Positions 12,356-23,600 of a stretch of 64,000 bases of DNA are shown here, one piece after another. Position 1 is the stretch's first letter; every line of letters starts with the position of its first letter. The notes below the pieces were generated by a model. The model was not told where the DNA came from and made no database searches. It saw nothing but the letters and a program-made list of their open reading frames with translations. The translations under genes and the position numbers were made by a program. The DNA comes from Lingula anatina (Eukaryota; Animalia; Brachiopoda): contig CM120640.1 of the NCBI GenBank assembly GCA_051362555.1, positions 3,100,001 to 3,164,000 of the forward strand, in the 5' to 3' direction.

Positions 12356-14833
12356 ATGAACCCGGGGATCATTATTGGATTTCTGTGTATTGTTCAAGTT
12401 GTCAGTGGAATTCCTCCGACAGAGGCCGCTTCAGATAAACTGACACTTAACCAGGTAAGTGATGGGTAGATAAAAAAACGCTCCGAACTTAAGATTTTAT
12501 TTACACAGTTCAGTGTCCATAATAATTTAAGAAAATTGGCGGGTCAAGTTGACCCCAGGATCGGGTAAAAGTGGCACCCTACATTTTATAATGAAGCAAT
12601 CTAAACGCCATGTAAGAATTTTTTACACATTTCATCTTATTTTGAGTCTTTGTTAAATATGTAGTCAATATGAGGCAGATAAATACTATTACAAGGTTAT
12701 GAAAATACATGTACATTTTGAAATCTATTCAACGAAGTAACATTCACATGCAGAAAACCTTCAGTTGGACTCACCTCCGAAGTATTTTTTTTTTTTACGT
12801 ATTCTTGGCCCCGTAGGATACGGTCACTTTACAAGATCATGTGATCATGTTTTTCCCCTCATGGGTACTTTTGCATAAATTGACGAAGGGCCAAATTAAC
12901 CATGTCCCCTCTATCGGTTTCCTGTGTTTACAGAAAAAAAAGAAAAAAAAGCCCAATACATCAAAGATCAATATCATGCGTTCACATTTTACTTGAAAAG
13001 TGTACTGGTATTTCTGCCACAGCGAATGTTGAGAACAATAAAATTCAAACGTGATATTTTCGGCAAACACCCACGTCAAGCACGATTGCTAGTTATATCA
13101 CACCTGGGTCAATTGTTCTCGACACTATGTGAAAAAGATAATCACGACTGAACGGTGTGTCGTGATTTTCACCTTACTGACGTGGGTATCTATTACATGT
13201 AACTTCCTGATTCGTGGTGTATTTATCGTATACGCTATTCATATATGCTGGGAAACACTCATGCGTCGTTTACTGAGGAAATGGTTAGTTTTAGAGGGAC
13301 ATTCGTTGTGTAAGATCTCCATGTATTCTTTAAAAACAAGTTGTACTTACATATCAAAAACAAACCCGTTCGCACATTGATTACACTCGGACCACAGGTT
13401 GCGCTAGAAGTCTGCTACAAAAGTATTGCATCGTTCATACTTTAATTTGGTATACTATATTATTAGAGACCTGGTTAATTAGATGGCTAATCTCTGTACA
13501 TACTGTCGCCTCAGCAAAAAAAGCCCACAGAATAATAACTGCAGCCCTGGTAGAACGTATTAGAGACCCCTTATATTACAGAGTATACATTGATAAGGCA
13601 ATTTTGTGTTTGGAAACCTTGATGTGATAACTGTTTATAAACAACAGAGACTTTTACATGATACCAGGAAAATTACTTTTCCATTTTATATTTTGGGTTC
13701 TTCGTCCCAATATCCGTTTGACATTTTGATAATGTGCGGCCGCTACTGAATATCTGATGTAGTACGCATTATTCAATATTGATCGGATGTAATATTTATA
13801 TGTTCATGAAATTTAAACTGATGTTGTAATGACATTATACTATTAGTCACAACTATTAAAAGTCGAAACTTGGGCCACCTGGTGTAGTCAGAATGAACAA
13901 AGTCGTGATATTGGTGATACTAGTCTTTTTTTAATTGTAAGTATCGAATATCAGGTTTTAATATTATGGTTATTTCAGGCCGTTTGTGGTATTGGGCAGG
14001 CGTTTGTGGACAAGTACCCTGAGACTGCCGGTGGAGTCCAGACTGCAGCAGTAGCTCAAGCCCTGGCTGACTTCAATGGAGAGAGGCGCAGACACAACGC
14101 CCGGCTGAGGGTTATACTTGACAGAGCTGATGCCAATAAGGACGGTGTATTCGACATGGCTGACGTGTTAGCCGGCAAGCCACACCCGGTACAGGTAGGT
14201 GTGAAAGAATGTATCAAATCCACAAGGTCACTTTTATCATTTTGATTCATTTAAAACTCTGTATTCTGACGTGTTTCTATTTATATTTTTGAATTTTGGT
14301 CGACTGTAATTTGGTGTTGTTGTTTTTCATTTCAGCAACTGAAGTATGTGTTTTAAACTCAACATTTTAAGCCAAATGTAATCATCAATCAATCACAAAT
14401 ACAGTTTTATCACAAAGAAAAAAAAAGAAATAACTAAAGAAAGAAAACGCCCATGTGTATTTAAAGTTGACAATGAGCTAGTTTTGCTATATTTTTTTTT
14501 AACAATGCTGTGGTAAAAACATGTTTATGGCAACATGTGCCACGGTTATCAGTATAATATCACAGCTTTTTGTTTCAGTAGAATCTCGATATGTACATAC
14601 TTGGAAGTGCCTTTTTTGGAACCTACGCTGACGTCGGAGTGGACGCTGAGACCGTCGCTGCGGGACTTAAGAAATGCGAAACGCTGGCAGCTGACCCCAA
14701 TGTTATCACCCACTTAACTGAAGACTCTCTCTTCGACATGTTGGACGCTACTGAAGACGGTATCTTCAACAAAGAAGATCTACCTGTTATTTTTTCTGAA
14801 TTTATAGCACGTTATGGAAGGGGACGACAGTAA
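12356..14833 (+). CDS. Secreted EF-hand protein with two internal repeats (~188 aa), uncharacterised
   Basis: Exons 12356-12454 (MNPGIIIGFLCIVQVVSG signal peptide, donor GTAAGT), 13979-14194 (loop DANKDGVFDMAD), 14582-14833 (loop DATEDGIFNKED), all phase 0. AATAAA at 15044. Paralogous exon copies at 17296-17394 and 30858-31771 support the boundaries. Confidence 0.8.
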
Positions 14834-15594
14834 TAATTCTGACCGGGCAGTCCCTCCTTCAGGGTGACCTGGGTTATATGTCAGTGAACGGATGATTTGA
14901 GAATTTTGCCCATTTCCTTCCTGGGACGGGGATAGAAGAAAGTCATACCTTTGAAAGAGAAAAACCTAAATCAAAGCTCCTTTGATAAATGTTTTTAAAA
15001 TTTACATTCTGTTTTGTTTTGTGAAATTTTCAAATCTATCAAGAATAAAGAGAGCATGTAAAAAACTCATGTTCTGGTTTTTAAAACAAATCGTACAGCT
15101 ATAAAAATCCCACCTACAAATTAAATCACATCATGGTATATTACATGTACCACTTCATGGGATAAATGCTATGATTTTACTGACAACTCGACTTTATAGG
15201 ATAAAATGCGACTTCATCTCCACATAAGATATTGCCTGCGACTTCATGGGATAATGGTGAAAAAGTACCTGTTGTTGGCCCAACGTTATGAGAGATAACG
15301 TTTTTCAAATATAATGTTTTTGTACTGTAAATATTGTTCAACATAGGTAAACTGTACGTTTTAATTTACTTGTATGACTGAATAGGGTTTCTTTAGTGGC
15401 ATTGGATGCATGTTTTGAGCAATTTTAAAATACACAGGCATATGTAGGTGAGAATCCAGGATTTCTGAAAAATCAGTACATTATGGGAGATTATGGTCAG
15501 CGTTGAAAAAATGGGGTCCAGACCCCCTGGGCCCTGCTATATACCCAGATCTTTAGGTTGAGGAAACTAAAATGTTCTTCAGTCGTATTCTTGA

Positions 15595-15815
15595 ATATAA
15601 GTCAAGTTAATTAAAATCCATTCAAGACCCCATACTTTCAGGAATCCTAGGGTCCAAGTCCCGTTGTTCTTTAACATAAAACACACATGTTAATTACTGC
15701 TCTTGGGTAATAAACATTTTGTTTTGTGTTAAGACACAACAGCAGTTGAACGTTAGGATTCCTGAGTGTGTAGGGCCTTGAATTAGTTTTTAATTGGATT
15801 CCCTGACCTATAGTT
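15595..15815. repeat. Imperfect fold-back palindrome (probable old MITE) in the spacer
   Basis: TTCAAGACCC..TCAGGAATCCTA..TTAACATAAAACA pairs with TGTTTTGTGTTAA..TAGGATTCCTGA..GGGCCTTGAA. Confidence 0.65.
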
Positions 15816-17295
15816 ATGCATATGGCTGGAAGTCTGTTTAGTTCTGTATGTGCTTCTGGTGTTCTCTATATTTCTCAAGGACCTATGCACATTCATTAAA
15901 AATGACTGGTTCATTAATCTCCAACGTTAAAATTATGTTCCTTAAAATTTAAGGGTATAGATGGCAGAAATAACGATGTGAAAAATAGAATCAACCACCC
16001 ACAGGATAGCCACACCTGAAATATCATACTAACATTTCCGGAAACCTATGCAAGTAGTGATAAGTGAGTGATACAATAAATTTGTAACAGACTACTAGCG
16101 CAACCTGTGGTCCGAGTGTACGAACGGGACTATTAAGAACTTTAAGATTTATTACTTCAAGGGTTTGTATTAAATATATGAGTACAACTTGTCTTTTAAG
16201 AATACATGAAGTTCTTAGACAACGAATGTCCCACTAAAACTACCTATTTCCTCAGTAACCGATGCCTTAGTGTTTCCCAGCATATACGAATAGCGTATAC
16301 GATAATTACACCACGAATCAGGAAGTTACATGTAATAGATCCCCACGTGTCAGTAAGGTGAAAATCACGACACATCGTTCACTCGCGATGTATCTATTTC
16401 ATGTAGTTTCGAGTATAACAGACCCAGGCGTGATAAACATATAACTAGCAATCATGCTTGACGTGGGTGTTCGCCTAAAATATCACGTTTGAATTTTATT
16501 GTTCTCAACATCCGCTGTGGCATAAATACCAGTACACTTTTCAAGTAAAATGTGAACGCATGATATAGATCTTTGACGTATTGTGCTTTTTTTTCTGTAA
16601 ACACAGAAAACCGACAGAGAAGACAGGAGTAAGTTGGCCCCTCATCAATTTATGCAAAAGTACCTATGAGGTAAAAAAACATGATCACATGATCTTGTAA
16701 AGTGACCGTATCCTACCGGTCCAAGTTAACGTCGGTGGTAAACATTTTTCTTGGGCGGTGAGTCCAAATGAAGGTTTTCTGAAAGTAACTTTGTTGAAGT
16801 GATTTTAAAATCTAAGTGTATTTGCAAAGCCTTGTGATAGTACAAAGGATGTGAACAGGGTATCAAACTAAGGTGAAGTGTTTAAACCAGGTTATTCCTA
16901 TCGTCTACGACCTGTTTCGACGTAGTTCATTTTATAGCACAGAAAATGGCTGAAATTCTTTAAAATAAAAATGTGCAAATGGAGCTACTTGGGTCACTTG
17001 AATCGGAGCAAGTGGGACCCTGTATTTTGTTGTGATTTTTAACACAAATTCATATATTAAAAGAAACTTGTAGAAACATTAATTTATCTGTCTCATATTG
17101 ACTACATATTTAACCAAGACTCAAAATAAGATAAAATACGTAAAAAATTCTTACATGGCGTTTAGATGGATTGCTACATTATAAAATGTAGGGTGCCACT
17201 TTGACCCGACCCTGGGGTCAACTAGACCCGCTAATGTTTAAAAATTATTATGGACACTTAGGATCGGGGCGGTTTTTGATCTACCCGTCGCTTAC

Positions 17296-17394
17296 CTGGT
17301 TAAGTGTCAGTTTATCTGAAGAGGCCTCTGTCGGAGGAATTCCACTGAGACTGTGTACAATACATAGAAATCCAACAACGACCCCTGGGTTCAT
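17296..17394 (-). pseudogene. Orphan but intact exon 1 of EF-hand gene copy B (signal peptide)
   Basis: ATG at 17394, MNPGVVVGFLCIVHSLSGIPPTEASSDKLTLNQ, donor GTAAGC. No exon 2/3 downstream on the minus strand. Confidence 0.8.
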
Positions 17395-17964
17395 CTTGAA
17401 ACCTGGTCATTGGAGAGAAAAATAATTTTTTCTGTGACATAAACTAAAATAAATATGTTAAACAGAAATTATGTAAAAAAAATGATGTTACAAAATCCTG
17501 TCATATTAATTTCGAAAATTAAATTATCACTGGATGTTAGCTAAGTTCCACAATTAAAGAAAAGATGGAAGGTTGTTACAGACTGATATCACATGCGCCT
17601 CTAAAATAGTAGCCCCCCCCTCTCCTTATCCAAAATTAAAGTACACAATAATTTTGTAACAGACTACTAACGGACCTTGTGGTCAGAGAGTACAAGTTTC
17701 AGACCTCTTTCACTTGTGTTTTTTACATTCTACATAACTCCCCTCACTATAAGAGACTTTTTTCAAGCACATTCTTTGAATAAAAGTAAGAACTTTATGT
17801 CTCTTTGATCTAAGCTTCCCTATTCATCATAGAAGGATACAGAAGGAGCTTGGGTTCTTTTTGGCAAGAATGTGTTACATGTGCTCTGCTGAAATCGTCG
17901 AAAATCTTCCCTGTCCGCCACCTAATCTATGGACCCGCCAGTACTATACCAACACATCAACAAA

Positions 17965-19106
17965 GGCCCCATTCAGAATAGGCAGGCCTTCCTAACTACC
18001 AGACTCGGCACCTACGGGTCCAGTATAAACCGGTTTATCTGACCACACTACCCGTTTTCAAGGTGTGTGTCAGATCGCATAAAAGAGTATCATACCCTAT
18101 CACAAATTCTGTAAGCCTAGCTGTCATCCGGGTATCACGCCTCGTTTTCGTCAAGTAGGAGTCGTATGAATAGAACAGACGACTCTCTCAATCAGGGGGT
18201 GGAAACGCGCTACTTATATGATTAAGACGAGCCTAGCCGTCAGTACCGGTTATTGTTTTGTGACCTTGAGGAGCAATTAGGTTTGGTCGTTGCGGCACGC
18301 ATGAACAGTAGTTGAACTACCACAGCTGGGTCTTTTGTTTTTGACAACTGTTCACTCGTCATCGAGGCGCTTGTTCAAGACTACAGGCTGATATCTACTA
18401 GTACTACCAGTGGCTTCATTAGTAACGTTCCCACAATACTTAAGTTTTCTGTCCGTGCATACAAACCCTGAAAAAGGACAGCCTCGCTGACGAGAACAAT
18501 AGACGTTTCTCACCCCTCTCTAGGATTACCCCTGCCCTCAATCTCGTCCGTCCCGGTAGTCATGAAAATAATTTAACCCCCGACAGAATATGCTTCTGCT
18601 ATCAAAATTAAGTCTACTTTTCTAAATTAATATGTAAGTTTGCAAGTTCTTTTTTACAAAACATCATTGGCTATGTCCGAACCTAAATTTTATGTTAAAA
18701 ATTGCGGTACTGTCAGATTTTAGCATAAACAGAGAAAATTGCAGCAGCGCATGAATCTAGATGAGATGCACTACTTTCCAACCCCGATTAGGATGGCTAT
18801 CACATCGCGCACCAGGCAAAATCGGTGTGGTGGCTGATACTCTGTAATGCGATCTGACACACACCTTGAAAACGGGTAGTGTGGTCAGATAAACCGGTTT
18901 ATACTGGACCCGTAGGTGCCGAGTCTGGTAGTTGGGAAGGCCTGATAGGGGACTAACTAGTCCAAGGGTCAAATACGGCGACCCACTACAAAGCTTGCCG
19001 TCTAATCCGCTAATAGACACTGAATAGATATCCCATGGGGAAGTATTCAAGTGGGAAGGCCATATTTGGCCCTCGGACTAGTTAGTCCCCTATTCTGAAT
19101 GGGACC
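17965..19106. mobile_element. PIF/Harbinger-like MITE (3-bp TSD) carrying a nested insertion
   Basis: Ends GGCCCCATTCAGAATAGG / CCTATTCTGAATGGGACC with AAA TSD. Empty site in the left arm at ~11831-11850. Shares termini with 24174-24457. Confidence 0.85.
17983..18944. mobile_element. 962-bp non-autonomous DNA transposon with ~98-bp TIRs, nested in the Harbinger MITE
   Basis: TIR CAGGCCTTCC(T/C)AACTACCAGACTCGG...CAGATCGCAT at 17983-18080 and 18847-18944. Perfect 5-bp TSD ATAGG. Confidence 0.88.
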
Positions 19107-20616
19107 AAAGCGTACTCTTTTATTGATTTGATTTCAGTACACAGTTAGAATAAAACGTTTTTTTTTTTTTTCTTTTATCAGGTAGTTTGGAAAATGGAGG
19201 CGTCCTCTTTTATATGAAACGGAATAACTCACCATACATCCTATTCTGTACTATACTGCGATGTGATCGTTAAAAAAGAGTAAATTCCTGATGATAAATA
19301 CAATAAAATAATATTTCATCTATACACAAACCCGGGGAGCAGTGTACAGAGACTACCCAATTTTACATGAAGTTAGCCAGTAGGCTACCAGCATACATGA
19401 AGAAAACTTACAGCCTTTTAAGGACCAAAGGTGAAAGGGTCACTATTTCAGGGTCCAGTGTTACATGTAACATCAAAATGTCCACCGAGGAGAAAATGAA
19501 CGAATAACTATAATTTATGTATGGGCTCCGTTACTTTTTGATTATAACAGATTCCATGTGACTTATAAAGCTGATAGAATGTTTTATGGCGCGGGCGATC
19601 ACACAGAGCACCTCGGATGCATTGATTATTTCAATATTCATAACCTTGATAGCAAATTTCCCATCTATTAACGAAGCAAATGCCAGGGCATTAATTTGGC
19701 ATATACAAATTTTCCCTTAATAACTTCATTACTTTATCCCAAATAACAGTGTTGTGTACTCTACTCTCTACCAGATGCCAAGTGGCTGATGACGTCTTTT
19801 TTTTTTTAAATAAAAATACCACTGTACAGAAGTGTGCAAAGAAAAACCAGCGAAATACTAGCAAAAACTTACAGTCTGGACGCGTGCTACAAGAGCGTTG
19901 TGAACATGGGAACTACGTGTAGTAATACCATCTCGGTTATTTTAAGGAAGGAAAATGTAAAACTTGAAAGGTTCAAAGCCTATATTTTTGTTGATCAAAT
20001 CAAACACATTGGATGTGTGTACATCTCAACAACGCTAGAAAAATCAATTTGCAGATTTTTTTTTGTCACAAGGTACATGTACAATGAATCAACTTCAAAC
20101 ATTTGGAATCTCTGTATTTCACAACATATTTGTTCCCATTCGTCCGTATCATGATTAATGGAATGTGAGGATATCCAGGATGTGGAAATATGTTTACATA
20201 TTTCTATGGAACATTTTGTTCAGGTGCAGATTATTTGTCATTTGAAGAAGCGGGCCATAAGGAATAACAGCTGCTACTGGCTTTGAGGCATATTTGCATA
20301 AACAGGTTTAGACCGAATGATTTAGCAATCCTTAATATAAAATATATAATAATATATAAGACAAAATATTGTAGCGAGAAGTTAGCATGTCCCAGTTCAA
20401 GTATCTGTAACTGCATAGGTCTAAGTCCAGCATTATATCAACAAGACATTTGTCATCATTGCTCTTCTAAAAAAAAGAAATAATTGCTTGCCATAATTCA
20501 AATTTCAGTCCGGCAAATATACATGTATATATACATTCCTGGACTGAAATATATCAATAAAAATTCAAATTTCAGTCCGTCTCATCCACACTTTCTCCTA
20601 TCTTCATTGAGAAGAA

Positions 20617-23600
20617 CTAAAAGTGCCTAACTGCCAAAATCATAAGGAATAAGACAGCCAGCAACGAACACGAGTACATTCGCAAGATGGCGCCACTGGA
20701 TGAATCTGGCGTTTTCACAGTTGTGCTAGTTTCCTCCTCAGTTTGATACACGCGCACGGACTTGACCTGCATGGCCGCACCCTCCCCCTCCGCCGTCCAT
20801 GTAGGATACCACCTGTCCTTGGCCTCCCAGAACGTAGCTGAGGCCTTAGAGTCGCTGTCACTCCACGGTTTAGTGATGTTCCCAGACCCATCTCTCAGGG
20901 AATCTGGAAAGAATCCCCCAGTGCCTCCCACTGCAACGTTCATGATGATGTGGAACTGAAATATTGATGAATTGAAATAAATGCAAATGTGAAAAGACAC
21001 GTTTGATGGATTAAGTGATAGAAAATTATTTAAGTTTGGGATTACATATAATCAGAGTAATCGCAGATGTTTAAACTTTCAGGCACAGGGGACGCAGAAT
21101 ACTTTATATGTACATGTAGTATTTGAGTGCACTTTCAACGGTTTATCTACCATTTTATCCCAAGTTTTCAAAGTGATTTTTTGTAGTTTCCGGTGGCACT
21201 GAAAGTTTATAAGGAACCTTTGTGTGTGGCTTCGAATTTCGACCTTTTTTCAATATAAGCTTAACATGCATTTTAAAAATATTTAAAAGTCACACAGACG
21301 CACACACTCAAACACGCATTCATTACAAAACTAACTAAATTCTGATACAAAAACCCACCCTTACGTCTTCAGTGAATTAACTTTCAAATAAAGCGTATTC
21401 TTAAACAAATTGGCAACCCCAAATACCAGCAACATCTGTATAAATATGTGTATTCCTGTATGAAATTACATCATCTGTCTCTCTCGTACACATTACATAA
21501 TCTCAACAATACTATGACGGTCTATGTTTTATTCACGAAACTCACAGCTTTATCAAATGGCGCCAGTCTTGTGCCGTCTTTCCAAGGGTTTGGTTGAGTT
21601 TGGTTCTTCCACCCGCCGTCGCTCTGGTTACCCCACGCCCAGAAACCGGGAAAGCTGGGGTTTTGATCCAGCAGCGGAGATGGAATTTCTAGGAACTGGT
21701 GGCCATCAACGGAAAACCTGTGGACATGGCACAAAGTTAATGGGAGGCGAGTTTCACTATTTAGCTTAATGCACAGATAATACTATAAAGATAAATAGAG
21801 ACAAATTCATACCAAGATGTTTACATCAATAACTGAATATGAACATCTCTTCACATCAGAGAAAAAAAACTTTACTTTTAAACTTCAGAAAATTTATCAG
21901 TGCAAATGTAGCTACGATAGACTCTCCGGCCAACTTATGTTTGACTTCATTACTTTTTATCACTTTTGTCACATTTCTCTACACCTAATGTACACGGTTT
22001 ATTGAAGAAAATGATCGTTAAAAAATAATAGATCTTTAAAATACAAATCTAAGCTATGCCAGCATATGAAAGTGTAGCCTTTAACATTTAAGTAATAACC
22101 CACTCTTCCAAGACACATTTGAATCGATCAATGTTTCAGAATACCATAACAGAAATGTCCAAGATAAAAGTATTACCTGAAGCCGTTGGCGCTCCAGTCA
22201 ACGACATACTTGTGGAAATTATCTGCAAAGTTGGCTGTCTTGTTTGTACTACAACACACAAGCAGAAATAAAACTTTAAACCAGCCTTTCATAAAAGTTA
22301 ACTGATTTACAAATTTTCTATAAAATGAAACTGTGTGTCTATGCTCTTAGACAAAACAAATGTTTTGAGCAATTTCACAACCCAATTTCAAACCCAAAGT
22401 TACGTGAACTGCTGTGGTCTGCATTGAGATTAATTACATAAAAAGTACTGTATTTGTATAAGTATTGTTGCTGATTTTAAAGACGCAATGAACTAACTAT
22501 GTTTTATGTGTGAGATGGAACTTATTGTCATCCCAGATGGGTCCCCAGTGTAGCGTTGAGCCAAACGCGTTCACGCCCTGCTCGGATTTATTTACCCCAT
22601 ATAGATCTCGATTTCCTGGGAAATTAAATATGAAATTAAAATAAATGTTACAGATGCATTTGGTTTCAATAAACTATTGTTTAACCTGACAAAAGTAGGT
22701 TATTTCTTAGTGTATTTTGTTTATTTGCTTAATATATATCTAGAGTTTCCATGATTTATTTTACTTTTCTCTTTAGCTTCTTCGTGAAAAAAATTCAAGA
22801 CTCGAGAATATTTTGGTAATTTTCTCGTAACTATTGGCAACCATGCGAGTGAACCCGTCTTAGGTTTTCGTTTGAATATGGGCAACAAAAAAATGATAAA
22901 GTGATAAAGTCACTTCTATATTAACACATCTATGCTTGTAAGTGTGTGCGGATATAAGAGTGGTTACATTATATTGCACTTGGTTAACATAATAATATAA
23001 TACTACAAAAAGGACAGGTGTACTGGATCTTACATACCCCTTGCTTCCACCAGGTCAATTTCTCCAGATCTTGGCCATTCTCCGTATTCATTATCCTCAG
23101 GCAAAAGCCAAATAGCTGAAAATACACCCTAAATTTCATTCAGTTTCGAGCAAAAACACTTCTAATTTAAATTGGAGGTATTCAGAAAAACGAAGCGATA
23201 GTTCAACAATACTGTTACATAGTTTTCAGTAAAAAATAACATTGCTGTGTCGCTGTTTTCCACCACAGCGTTCTTTCTCTCTCTCTCTCTCTTCTCTCTT
23301 TGTCTCTCTCCCTTTCTAATTCCCTCGCTCTTTTTCTCTCTTTCTCTCACTATCTCTGTATCTCTTTCTTCTTCTTCTTCTTCGTCTTCTTCTTCTCTCT
23401 CTCTCTCTCTCTCTCTCAATACCTGGCCATATCCAGTCTCCTGCCGGCATTTTGGCCACGACCTCCAGCCGACCGTACTTGAAGCTGAATCTGCCTTTGG
23501 TCCGCAGACGAGCAGACATGATGGGGTTCACGATGTACCCGTTTTGTCCAGTGCGCAGGCATCCATAAAACATTTCATTTGTGCAACGGCCATACATTGC

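Larger units (their letters stand above)
219..13432 (+). repeat. Left arm of a large diverged inverted segmental duplication
   Basis: Colinear reverse-complement match to ~16070-29850 across exons, introns and intergenic DNA (e.g. 219 TTAAGAATACTTCTATTTAATC vs ~29829-29850; 13383-13432 vs 16070-16120). Interrupted by arm-specific insertions. Confidence 0.95.
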
